Positions 9,021 through 18,294 of a DNA stretch of 61,109 nt are shown here, piece after piece. Below the pieces are notes generated by a model. It worked only from the letters and a program-made list of their open reading frames with translations. It searched no databases and had not been told where the DNA came from. Where the stretch lies: the NCBI GenBank assembly GCA_016933615.1, contig JAFGAO010000086.1:1-61109 (forward strand). The letters run 5' to 3'. A program made the position numbers and the translations under genes. The DNA comes from Acidobacteriota bacterium. Lineage in GTDB: Bacteria > Acidobacteriota > UBA6911. Position 1 is the stretch's first letter. Each line of letters starts with the position of its first letter.

Positions 9021-12000
9021 ATGAAAACTCACTATAAACTCAGCGTTCTTTTGCTGCTGACGGTGATGGCCCTTTTCAGCTCGCAAATGTACGGCCAGGA
9101 AACGACCGGATCCATATCCGGCGCCGTCACCGACCAGTCGGGCGCGGTGATTCCGGACGTGATTGTCACCATCACGAACCAGGAAACGGGTCAGACGTTT
9201 GAGGTCGTCACCGGTCCGTCCGGAAATTACCTAGGCCAGGCTCTGCGCCCGGGACGATATTCCGTCTCCTTTGATGCCAGTGGTTTCACGGGCAAAGAGA
9301 TCCGCGATATCGTCGTGCTGCTAGGCCGGGTATCCAAGGTTGACGCGAAGCTCGAAGTGGGCGGGATCGAAGAGACAGTTACAGTAACGACGGCCGCAGC
9401 GCTCATCGACACCCAGTCCACGATGATTTCGTTGAACATCCCTTCCGAGGAATTCGACCAGCTGCCAAAAGGACGGAGTTTCCAGGCCCTGGCCTCGTTT
9501 CAGACCTCGGTCAACACGGGGGAGGTTGAAGGCGGCATCCAGGTCAACGGAGCCAGCGCCGCGGAAAACAACTACTACATCGACGGTGCATCCACCACCA
9601 GCGTTCTTGACGGCAGCGCGCGCCAGAACGCCTACCTGGAATACGTGCAGGAGGTGCAGGTGAAAACCTCCGGGCTGGAAGCCGAATACGGCGGGGCCAT
9701 GGGGGGCGTCATCAGCGCCGTCACCAAATCCGGCGGCAACGACTTCCACGGAGAAGTGCATTATTACTACTACGGCAACAAACTGAATGCCAGCCCCACC
9801 GAACGTCTGGAACTCAGTTCCGAAGATTACAAGACGGTGGAATACTTCCAGGACAGCAAGCAGAAGAGGGACTATCACGAAATGGGCGGCACCCTGAGCG
9901 GCCCCATCGTCAAGGACAAGCTCTGGTTCTTCTCCTCGCTGGCGCCGCAGTGGTACAGGGCCAGCTACGGCTACCATTTCGCCGACGGGGACGATACCCT
10001 TCAGCGCAATGCACACAGGATGAGCTGGTTCAACAAAATATCCTGGGATCCCACCAGCCGCATCCGCACCAACTTCACCTACCTGTACTCCCCCCAGTAC
10101 GTGACGGGTTCTCTGCCCGTCTATGACAGCTGGGGTCCCAACCAGTCTTCGCTGACTGTGGAATCGGCCCAGGGGCGCAGGACACGCGGCTACAACCAGC
10201 CCGAAAGCAGCTATACGGGGAGTATAGACTTTACCCTTACAAATTCATCCATCCTGAGCGTCAAGGGGGGGCGCTACTACCTGAACTACAAGGAAGTCGG
10301 CATCCCTTACGACACCTACTATTGGTGGAGAAGGAGTTCCATAGGGCTGGAGGGCGTTCCCGAGGATCTGCAGCAGGATGCCGATTTCCAAACTCCCAGC
10401 GCAGCCAGGGTCGTTTTCGATAAAACGACGCGAACCTACGTTCAGGCCGACTACAGCCACTATGTCAATTTCGCCGGGGAGCACAACTTCAAATTGGGCG
10501 TGGGCGTACAGAAAAATGTGAACAACGTCGACGACAAATGGTTCGGAACGGGCGGCCGTGTCGAGATCTACTGGGATGGAGATTACACTCCCCCCGGGGC
10601 CGAAGAGCCGGTCCGGGGCGAATACGGCTGGTATATAGTACAGGATGCCAAAACCTTCGGATCGGCCGGGGCCACCATCACCCACATGTACATCCAGGAT
10701 TCCTGGAGAATCCATCCCCGTCTGACCCTGAATCTCGGCCTGCGCACGGAAAGGGAGGTCATCCCCGCTTTCAACAAGGAAGCGGCGCAGGAGTATCTGG
10801 GCTCCGATTACGCCATCAAGTTCAACTTCCAGGACAAGCTGGCCCCGAGACTGGGCGCCAGCCTGGACGTGTTCGGCGACGGCCGGCTGAAGGTTTACGG
10901 CGGCTGGGGGCGCTATTTCGACTGGACCAAGTACGAGCTGGCCCGCGGGTCCTTCGGGGGCGACCAGTGGTACACATACTACCGCACGCTGGACACGCCC
11001 GACGTCTACGACATCAGCCTGGAAAATATGCCCGGAGACAACATCTGGATCTCGGAGTTCCGCGACAGGCGCGGGACCGATTTCGACATGCTGGATCCGG
11101 ACATCAAGCCCATGAGCCTCGACCGGACCAACTTCGGCATGGATTTCGAAGCCGCGCCCAATGTCGTCATTTCCGCGCGCTACACGCGGAGCAAACTGAA
11201 CCGCACCATTGAAGACATCGGCGTGCTGGATGAAACCGGCAGCGAGGTCTACAGCTACGGCAATCCGGGCGAAGGCGCCAACACAATCGGCTTCGTGACC
11301 GGAGAAACCTGCGAGGTTACCGAGGGAGAGTCCTGCGGTTTCATCATGCCTAAAGCAGTGCGCATCTACAACGCCTTCGAGATGTCGGTGTCCCGGCGTT
11401 TCACGGGCGGGTGGCTCGGCAGCATCAGCTACGTCTACAGCGACCTGCACGGCAACTACGCCGGACTGCAGAACACGGACGAGATCCGGCCCCCGACGCT
11501 CGGCTACGGCTACGGCACCAACCAGGTGTTCGGGGCCACCAACTACCGGCCCGGCGGAAACGTCAACCGCTATTTCGACCTGGATGAAGCCATGTACGAT
11601 GCCTACGGCAACAAGGGCGTCTTCGGCCCCCTGCCGACCGACCGGCCGCACGTGCTGAAAATCTACGGCTCCAAGCAGTTCTCCTTCGGCACCGATGTCG
11701 GTCTTTTCTTCAGAATCATGAGCGGAACTCCCGTCACGACCCAGGTGAACACGGTCAACGGCATCGGAATCCTGGTGGAGGGACGCGCCGACATGGGACG
11801 GACGCCCGTTCTCAGCCAGACCGACCTTCTGCTAGCCCACAAGATCTCCGTGGGAGAAGGCAAGAAGGTCCAGTTCGAGTTCAATTTCGAGAACCTGTTC
11901 AACCAGAAGACCGCAACATACATATTCGACCGCTACAACCGGGAAGAATGGTACGATACTTCCGGCATGTATCTGGGCGGTGAGGACCTTACCCAGGGAT

Positions 12001-12143
12001 ATGACTGGCGGGCGCTGGTCAACGAGAGTCCGGATGCCAACGATTCGACGTATGGCAATATTGCACTGGATTCGCGTTACGGCATGAAAGCCGTCTTCAA
12101 TCCCGGCTTCTCGGGCCGTTTCATGATCAAGTACCTGTTCTAG
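9021..12143 (+). CDS. TonB-dependent receptor (Oar-like) with N-terminal carboxypeptidase-regulatory-like domain
   Basis: Signal peptide; TGSISGAVTDQSGAVIP; AEYGGAMGGVISAVTKSGGN plug; QDSWRI..LTLNLGLR; terminal Phe; GGAGG RBS. Confidence 0.92.
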   Translation: MKTHYKLSVLLLLTVMALFSSQMYGQETTGSISGAVTDQSGAVIPDVIVTITNQETGQTFEVVTGPSGNYLGQALRPGRYSVSFDASGFTGKEIRDIVVLLGRVSKVDAKLEVGGIEETVTVTTAAALIDTQSTMISLNIPSEEFDQLPKGRSFQALASFQTSVNTGEVEGGIQVNGASAAENNYYIDGASTTSVLDGSARQNAYLEYVQEVQVKTSGLEAEYGGAMGGVISAVTKSGGNDFHGEVHYYYYGNKLNASPTERLELSSEDYKTVEYFQDSKQKRDYHEMGGTLSGPIVKDKLWFFSSLAPQWYRASYGYHFADGDDTLQRNAHRMSWFNKISWDPTSRIRTNFTYLYSPQYVTGSLPVYDSWGPNQSSLTVESAQGRRTRGYNQPESSYTGSIDFTLTNSSILSVKGGRYYLNYKEVGIPYDTYYWWRRSSIGLEGVPEDLQQDADFQTPSAARVVFDKTTRTYVQADYSHYVNFAGEHNFKLGVGVQKNVNNVDDKWFGTGGRVEIYWDGDYTPPGAEEPVRGEYGWYIVQDAKTFGSAGATITHMYIQDSWRIHPRLTLNLGLRTEREVIPAFNKEAAQEYLGSDYAIKFNFQDKLAPRLGASLDVFGDGRLKVYGGWGRYFDWTKYELARGSFGGDQWYTYYRTLDTPDVYDISLENMPGDNIWISEFRDRRGTDFDMLDPDIKPMSLDRTNFGMDFEAAPNVVISARYTRSKLNRTIEDIGVLDETGSEVYSYGNPGEGANTIGFVTGETCEVTEGESCGFIMPKAVRIYNAFEMSVSRRFTGGWLGSISYVYSDLHGNYAGLQNTDEIRPPTLGYGYGTNQVFGATNYRPGGNVNRYFDLDEAMYDAYGNKGVFGPLPTDRPHVLKIYGSKQFSFGTDVGLFFRIMSGTPVTTQVNTVNGIGILVEGRADMGRTPVLSQTDLLLAHKISVGEGKKVQFEFNFENLFNQKTATYIFDRYNREEWYDTSGMYLGGEDLTQGYDWRALVNESPDANDSTYGNIALDSRYGMKAVFNPGFSGRFMIKYLF

Positions 12144-12159
12144 GAAGATTGCCTTTCCT

Positions 12160-12200
12160 AAAAAGGCTTCAGGCGGATAGCCTCCGCCTGAAGCCTTTTT
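12160..12200. terminator. Bidirectional intrinsic terminator
   Basis: AAAAAGGCTTCAGGCGGA-TAGCC-TCCGCCTGAAGCCTTTTT perfect stem with A/T tails between convergent genes. Confidence 0.9.
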
Positions 12201-12343
12201 TATTTTCCGATGGCGGGGACCGCGTCCACCTCGGGCGCCGCGCCTTCCCGGAAGAAGAGAATGGTGCGGATCCTGAAACCGCCCTTTTCATCCGGCACGA
12301 GCCGATACCCGGGGAGACGGTGTTCTATCGCCGTATGCAGGCT
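12200..12343 (-). pseudogene. Possible orphan 3' gene fragment (SLHTAIEHRLPGYRLVPDEKGGFRIRTILFFREGAAPEVDAVPAIGK*)
   Basis: 48 codons with coding-like codon use, ending in TAA at the terminator; no convincing start; bounded upstream by an in-frame TGA. Confidence 0.3.
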
Positions 12344-12410
12344 TCATGACCGCGCCCTGATCCTGTTTCCGGGATTTTTTTTTATTCGTTTCCGCCGTCA
12401 GGATATTTTT

Positions 12411-12827
12411 TCAGTCGAGCCTCCGTCCGGCATCCGGGCCCGGCGAAACGTTGTAGATCTCCGTGATCCTGATGACGACGGCCCCCTTGGATTTGAGGGG
12501 ATGCCCCATCTTCCGGCCCATCTCCTCAATCCACTTCACCGTTTCCTCGAATATCTTCCCCTCGGTCTGTATTGCGGCCTCTCCCTTGATTTGATACCCC
12601 TCGCCTTTTTCGGCCTCCCAGAACGATATGGCCACCTTGGGATTTTCCCTGAGATTGCTTAAAGTCTTGAGAAAGAACTGATCCGATACCAGAACCGTTT
12701 CGTCGTCCAGGATTTTCACCGCTCCGACCGGGACCACATTGGGGGTTCCCTTCAAATCCGCGGTACCCAAAACCAGGATATTCTGGCTGGAGAAAATCTC
12801 CTTCATTCTTTCGTTGAGCTTCGCCAT
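12411..12827 (-). CDS. Pyridoxamine 5'-phosphate oxidase-family FMN-binding protein
   Basis: LGTADLKGTPNVVP; KTLSNLRENPKVAI; GYQIKG; AGGAGG RBS. Confidence 0.88.
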   Translation of the reverse strand: MAKLNERMKEIFSSQNILVLGTADLKGTPNVVPVGAVKILDDETVLVSDQFFLKTLSNLRENPKVAISFWEAEKGEGYQIKGEAAIQTEGKIFEETVKWIEEMGRKMGHPLKSKGAVVIRITEIYNVSPGPDAGRRLD

Positions 12828-13089
12828 TGTCACTCCTCCTGTAGCGTACATGATTGTAGAAATTTCTTAAGAGCGCCCCTTCCAACCTCCGTTGAATTTT
12901 TTCCATCCGTTGCGTCGGCGCAAGCTTCAATACACGGTTGTGGACCGGAAAGTTTCCTGTCAAAACCGTCCCGACACTCATTTGCGGCCGTTATTCTACT
13001 ACAGGCGGGCAGGAAAAGTCAGCCCGGCCGCAGACAACTGCCTTGAACCGCTCCGCGGCATTGTTTAGACTGTCGAAAGGAGGGATCGG

Positions 13090-13461
13090 ATGCAGGATGC
13101 GCAACGGACGACCGCGCGCTGCCGCACGCTCGAAGCCATTGTCGAGCACGCCGGACGGATTGAGGCGATATATAAAAATGACCTGAAATTCGGGGACCGG
13201 CTGGTCGTAACCACCAGAAACTCCACCTACAGCATCCATGCCGTGCAGGAAGGCCTGTATGCCGTTTCCGGCGGCTGGTTCGACCGCCAGGGTTTGTCGC
13301 CGGTGAAAGTCGCCATCAACGGATGCACCTGGGGCGGGCGCGCCATCAAGGAGGACATCCTGGCCGCCCGCGGCCTGCACCTGGAATTTGAAAACAGCGT
13401 GGTCACCAGCCGGATCCTGGAGTATCAAATCATCCCCTGCAGCGAAGAAACGATTCAGTAA
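13090..13461 (+). CDS. Hypothetical protein
   Basis: 123 aa, AGGAGG RBS, coding-like codon use, 24 bp upstream of the NYN gene. Confidence 0.75.
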   Translation: MQDAQRTTARCRTLEAIVEHAGRIEAIYKNDLKFGDRLVVTTRNSTYSIHAVQEGLYAVSGGWFDRQGLSPVKVAINGCTWGGRAIKEDILAARGLHLEFENSVVTSRILEYQIIPCSEETIQ

Positions 13462-13485
13462 CCTTCCAAAGAGCTCAATGAACGC

Positions 13486-13860
13486 ATGGTGATTGTGGAC
13501 GGCAACAACGTGATGGGCCAGCGGGTCGGATGGCACCGCAATAAACCCGCCGCCCGGAAACGGCTGATTCAGGAAGTGGAAGCAATCGCCCGTTCCCAAA
13601 ATGAACCGTACGTACTTTTCTTTGACGCGGCATCCGGCTCCGCCGTGCCGGATATGGAGAGTTGTCCGCTACTGTCGGTTCGATACGCCCGGCCCGGCTC
13701 CAGCGCGGACGAACTCATACTCGAGTTCGTCTATCGCCATGTCCGGCGCACGGAACTTGTGGCAGTGACTTCAGACCGGGCGCTTTCGAGGCAGATCCGG
13801 GCGCTCGGCGCACCGGTCATGCGCTCGGGCGCGTTCCGGAAAATGCTGCAGCGGCAATAA
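13486..13860 (+). CDS. YacP/Rae1-like NYN-domain (PIN-fold) ribonuclease
   Basis: IVDGNNV, FFD, SADELI and VTSDR acidic motifs. Confidence 0.82.
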   Translation: MVIVDGNNVMGQRVGWHRNKPAARKRLIQEVEAIARSQNEPYVLFFDAASGSAVPDMESCPLLSVRYARPGSSADELILEFVYRHVRRTELVAVTSDRALSRQIRALGAPVMRSGAFRKMLQRQ

Positions 13861-13885
13861 AACGGACGCCGCATCTACAGCTTGG

Positions 13886-14071
13886 CTACAGCTTGGAGGG
13901 CTTGCAGAGAAAGTCCGTGGAATCCGCGGCTCTCCCGCAGTTCTTGCATACAAATTGCGGGTTCTTCACCCGCTCTTTATAATCTTCTAAATTGCTCTCC
14001 AGGAAACCCATATTGACCAGGTAGCAGAGATGTTCGTCGTGCATGGGGTGCGGCATCTGGGGTTTTTTCAT
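13886..14071 (-). CDS. Small Cys-rich putative metal-binding protein
   Basis: 61 aa; HLC...FVCKNCGR......LCKP; AAGGAG RBS. Confidence 0.75.
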   Translation of the reverse strand: MKKPQMPHPMHDEHLCYLVNMGFLESNLEDYKERVKNPQFVCKNCGRAADSTDFLCKPSKL

Positions 14072-14326
14072 CTTCGTTCTCCTTTTTATCTTTGCGTATT
14101 GAACGACGCATCCGCGTCCTTATCTCTTCAGTATTGATACAATAACCGTCCCGGCTCTGCAATAGGGATTCCCGCGCGATGATTTATCGGGCGGACGGGC
14201 GAAACTGCCGCTTTTTATCCGCGCATCGATCTGTTACAGTTTTAGCAAACAAACAGAAATCAGGATTCCCCTCAAATACGAGGACGAAAAATAAACCAGC
14301 GGATGGTTCTCAGACCAGGAGACAGC

Positions 14327-14614
14327 ATGGCGACCGATTCTGAACACAGACCCGCAAACGCCGACATGAAGACGGTCGTGGTCCACACGGTTCAAGGCCC
14401 TGTCGAAGCCGAGATCGTCCAGACCTTCCTCAGATCCTGCGGCATCGAAAGCACCACGCAAGGTCTTGCCGTCCAGAGCGTCCACCCGTTCACGGTGGAC
14501 GGGATGGGAAAAATCAAGATTCTGGTCATGGAAAACGACGCCGAAGCCGCCCGGCAAACAATCGCGGATTTTCTGGCCGGAAATCCCGAACCGGACGCGG
14601 ACCAGGATCTGTAG
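14327..14614 (+). CDS. DUF2007-like small protein
   Basis: GPVEAEIVQTFLRSCGIES...KILVMENDAEAARQ; AGGAG RBS. Confidence 0.75.
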   Translation: MATDSEHRPANADMKTVVVHTVQGPVEAEIVQTFLRSCGIESTTQGLAVQSVHPFTVDGMGKIKILVMENDAEAARQTIADFLAGNPEPDADQDL

Positions 14615-14657
14615 GCAACAGGCCGATTCTCAATGCTCCCCTTCGGAAAGTGCGGGT

Positions 14658-14678
14658 GGGCGAACCTTGTGTTCGCCC
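14658..14678. repeat. REP-like palindrome
   Basis: Identical to 48-68. Confidence 0.85.
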
Positions 14679-14787
14679 TTTCCGGTTTCCCTGAAACGTT
14701 CCCATTCGTCTATATGCACTACATCTGAACTTTGATGGATAGTAATTGCGGCAGGGAAACTTCGCGCTGCTGCAATTGCCCGTAAAA

Positions 14788-15040
14788 ATGCTTGACGATC
14801 CCGTTCGTCTGGAATTTCTCCCGGGCCAATGGCTGTCCTATTACGGCCCGATGTCGCCGGAACGCTTATGGGAGCTGTTCGGCCTGTCATCGGTACGTTA
14901 CGGGGAAGTCATGGAAGCGCTTATAGAAAGCGAGCAGATCGTTCTGGATACCCTTTCCGAAAGGGCGACGGCACCGCAGATCTGCGATGTCGCAAACCTG
15001 TATATTCTGCTCGGCTGGTTGCGTCGCCGGCAGTTTAAAA
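14788..15040 (+). pseudogene. Probable internal fragment of an Lhr-like helicase
   Basis: QWLSYYGP...ICDVANLYILL..LRR resembles, from recall only, a C-terminal segment of Lhr-family helicases; no helicase core present. Confidence 0.35.
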
Positions 15041-15059
15041 GCCGCCGGGGCACTCCGGG

Positions 15060-15692
15060 TCACTCCGCCAGGTATCCCTTCGCAACGGCGTCTTCTACAA
15101 GGGTCCGTATGTAATCCCAGAGGAGGGGGGCGCCTTCGGCGACGGGGCGCATGCGCTCGAGCACCTGCTGGCGGCGGATCCCGTGGCGGCGCCACACTTC
15201 CCCTTCGGCGGCGTAGTTCTGCATGAAGGCCTGGAACCGGTCGAGCGCGTGCGCAAAGCGGGCTTCGGGGGTCTTGCGCGCCTCGAATTCATCCCACAGG
15301 CCCCTCAACCCGGCCGCCTGATCCTGCGGCAGCAGACCGAAGATCCGGTCCGCGGCGGCGAGCTCCCGCTCGGCCTGGTCCAGACGTCCCGCGTCGTCAT
15401 AACAGTAGGTGTCGCCCGCGTCGATCTCGACCAGGTCGTGGATCAGCATCATGCGGACGGCGCGGGCGAAGTCGAGATCCGCTCCCGTTGCATGCTCGCC
15501 CATCACCAGTGCCGCGAGCGCGATATGCCAGGAGTGCTCGGCCGAGTTCTCCCGCCGCGAGCGGTCCGTCAAAATCGTCCGGCGCAGGACATGTTTAAGC
15601 CGGTCCGCCTCCAGCATGAATCCGACCTGACGCCGGAGCCGTTCGCTCCCCCCGGGCATCGGCCCGTCGTCGACTTCTATGCGCACATCCAT
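15060..15692 (-). CDS. HD-domain phosphohydrolase (HDDC2/YfbR-like)
   Basis: RRENSAEHSWH; MLIHDLVEIDAGD; LWDEFE; ALDR. Confidence 0.9.
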   Translation of the reverse strand: MDVRIEVDDGPMPGGSERLRRQVGFMLEADRLKHVLRRTILTDRSRRENSAEHSWHIALAALVMGEHATGADLDFARAVRMMLIHDLVEIDAGDTYCYDDAGRLDQAERELAAADRIFGLLPQDQAAGLRGLWDEFEARKTPEARFAHALDRFQAFMQNYAAEGEVWRRHGIRRQQVLERMRPVAEGAPLLWDYIRTLVEDAVAKGYLAE

Positions 15693-15889
15693 TTCTTTCC
15701 TCCGCCCGATTTCGTTCCGATAGCGGCTTCAAAATTGGATCCCGGGCAATCGTTGCCGCGTACCGTTTTCTTTCCCCGGAGCCTGAGCCGCAGCCGTCAA
15801 GGCAAATAGATGTTCTTAATTTATAGCCGCAACGCCTCGGGAGACTTCACGAAAACCGATTGCTTTATTATCTATAATTATCGTGGCCA

Positions 15890-15937
15890 GTTCCCATTAT
15901 ATGTCCTATTATAGGGGTCCGTTCCCATTATATGTCC
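15890..15937. repeat. 17-bp direct repeat GTTCCCATTATATGTCC x2 (31-bp period)
   Basis: Copies at 15890-15906 and 15921-15937; palindrome CCTAT-T-ATAGG at 15905-15915. Confidence 0.8.
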
Positions 15938-16062
15938 CTCTGGATTGTAAAGAATGCGCAGGATTGGTTTTAATGAGAAACACCAACGTTAAAGCCGGCG
16001 GCAGAATAACTTGCCCGCCACGCGTCTATGCCGCCGATGCATTTCCCGGCCGGATGCTCAAA

Positions 16063-18198
16063 ATGAAAGCCGTCGCGGCGCTGGCGGCCCTTCTTGTGCT
16101 GTCAACCGGTTGCGGTTCGGCATCGAACCCGCCCCCCGAAAACAGAGCGCCGACTGCAGCCAATCCGGGATCGCAGGCGGGCGTCGTGGGGCAAACGGCG
16201 AATCTGCGGATTGCGGCCGGCGACGCAGACGGCGATGCGCTGCGGTTTTCCGCTGTCGGCCTGCCCAGCGGACTGCAGATTCATGCATCCACCGGTCAGA
16301 TTTCCGGCATCTATGGAACGGCCGGCAATTATGCGGTTACTGTTACCGTCACCGACGGTCGATACTCGGTCCGCGTGGAATTCTTCTGGAACGTGGTCGA
16401 ACCGCCCAACAATCCGCCTTTCGCCGTGGCCCAATATGTTTTCACCGGCTTCGACTCGCCGCGGGCCATCGTGCTTGCGGGATCCGATCCCGAAAACGAC
16501 CCGCTGACCTTCGACATCGCGGCCTATCCCGCAAGCGGCAGCCTGAACGGGAATCCGCCGGATCTGACTTACACGCCGGACCCGGGATTCAGCGGGACCG
16601 ACAGTTTCCGGTTCACCGTCTGGGACGGCGAGTACACGAGCGACCCGGCGGAGGTCGCGATCTTCGTTCGACCCGAGGGCGGCGCGGCGCCCAATATCCT
16701 GTTCGTCGTCATGGACGACATCGGGATGGACGCGTCGTCGCAAATGCATCCGGGGCTGATCGAGGATCTCGCGGCGCAGTACGGGCCCCAGGGCCACAAC
16801 CACCCTTTCTATCGCCGGATCGCCGGCCGCCCGGCATCGACGCCGACGCTGAACACGCTGGCCCGGCAGGGCATCGCGTTTGCGCAGACCTGGGCGCAGG
16901 CGTACTGCTCGCCCACGCGCGCGTCGATTCTGACCGGGCTCTATGCCGCAAAAACGGAGGTCTTCGATTACGCGGATTCATTGTCGCCGGGCCATGAGAC
17001 CGTCGCCCGCATCCTCAGGGACGAAGCGGGTTACAGCACGGCGATTTTCGGCAAATGGCACGTGGCGGGGCTGGGTTTCTATCCGGGCATGAAACCGAAG
17101 CAGGCGGGCTTCGACCTGTTCCTCGGCAACCTCAGCGGCGCGATCGAAGACTACTGGAGCTATGAATATCAGATCCAGGACGAAACCACGCCGCCGAACC
17201 AATGGCGCACGGAAGCGGCGCCCACGCGCTCCCTGCCCGGCATCGCCCCGACCACGTTCGCGCCTGTCGTCAAGGCCGCCGATACGATCGAATGGATCAC
17301 GGAGCGGGAAAACGCGGATCCGGACAAACCGTGGTTCGCCTGGCTCGCGTTCAATCTGCCGCATATCGCGAGCGGGCAGGCGCCGACGTTCGTGCCCAAC
17401 GAGGACACGCTGGATGAACCCACGAGGGATGAGATCCTGGCCTGCGGCGGCGTTTTCGGCACCGACAGCATCGGCGCGTGCTCGGGCCCTGCGCTCAACC
17501 GCGCCATGACGAATTCGCTCGACACGGTCCTCGGAAAGCTGCTCGAGGCGGTCGATGCCCTCGATCCGGTCACCTACGTGATCGTCATCGGCGACAACGG
17601 AACGCCGATGTACGGCTGGCCGGCAACCAACTTCATCGACAACATGTACATCACGCGAACCGGCCGCGCCAAGGGCACGGTCTATGAAAGCGGCGTGCGC
17701 GTCTCGCTGGCCATCCGCGGACCCGGAATCGCCGCGGGCCGCCAGAGCGCCGCGGTCAACCATGGCGCCGACCTGTTTGCGACAATTCTGGACCTTGCGG
17801 GCGCCGGCGTTCCCTCAAGCGTCCCGGCGGGAGGGGGAGGCGGCTCCGTCGCGCTGGATTCAGTCTCGCTTGCGCCGATTCTGTTCTCCGGCGCCGGGCA
17901 AGTGCGCGAGCCGGACTACGGCACCGTGATGTCGGAGACGGTCAACCCGCTGGCGAACGACGAGCGGCAGGCCGCTGCAAAGAATGCAAGCTACAAGCTC
18001 CTCTGCGTAGAGGACACGCAAACCGCGAGCTGCACCTTCTACGACCTGGTCGACGATCCGTTAGAGGAGTACCCGCTGCCGAAGCCCCAAAGCTGTCTCA
18101 ATTTCGACAACGGAACCTGGACGCCGGCGGATCGCGAGTGGCACTTCTGCAGGCTGCAGGGAATTCTCCGCACGCAGTCGTTTTTGGGCGAGCCTTGA
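16063..18198 (+). CDS. Formylglycine-dependent sulfatase with two N-terminal Ig-like domains, predicted lipoprotein
   Basis: Signal ending LSTGC; LPSGLQI..TGQISG putative-Ig; NNPP.A..DPENDPLTF..YTP Big_9-like; PNILFVVMDD; CSPTRASILTG; GKWH; GDNG. Confidence 0.88.
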   Translation: MKAVAALAALLVLSTGCGSASNPPPENRAPTAANPGSQAGVVGQTANLRIAAGDADGDALRFSAVGLPSGLQIHASTGQISGIYGTAGNYAVTVTVTDGRYSVRVEFFWNVVEPPNNPPFAVAQYVFTGFDSPRAIVLAGSDPENDPLTFDIAAYPASGSLNGNPPDLTYTPDPGFSGTDSFRFTVWDGEYTSDPAEVAIFVRPEGGAAPNILFVVMDDIGMDASSQMHPGLIEDLAAQYGPQGHNHPFYRRIAGRPASTPTLNTLARQGIAFAQTWAQAYCSPTRASILTGLYAAKTEVFDYADSLSPGHETVARILRDEAGYSTAIFGKWHVAGLGFYPGMKPKQAGFDLFLGNLSGAIEDYWSYEYQIQDETTPPNQWRTEAAPTRSLPGIAPTTFAPVVKAADTIEWITERENADPDKPWFAWLAFNLPHIASGQAPTFVPNEDTLDEPTRDEILACGGVFGTDSIGACSGPALNRAMTNSLDTVLGKLLEAVDALDPVTYVIVIGDNGTPMYGWPATNFIDNMYITRTGRAKGTVYESGVRVSLAIRGPGIAAGRQSAAVNHGADLFATILDLAGAGVPSSVPAGGGGGSVALDSVSLAPILFSGAGQVREPDYGTVMSETVNPLANDERQAAAKNASYKLLCVEDTQTASCTFYDLVDDPLEEYPLPKPQSCLNFDNGTWTPADREWHFCRLQGILRTQSFLGEP

Positions 18199-18294
18199 CG
18201 CGAGCCGGCGGACAGACGCCTTTTCCGCCGGGGAGGCACCATCACGGTTGACGGTCCTGTGCGCGGGCAACGGGGGCTTCCTGCCGCGCCCGGA

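Noticed and set aside
10245-11651. Long antisense/shadow ORFs (also 2397-3566, 26254-27372, 52294-53724 and others)
   Set aside because: They mirror well-supported genes, as expected from GC-rich codon bias, and have no recognisable motifs.
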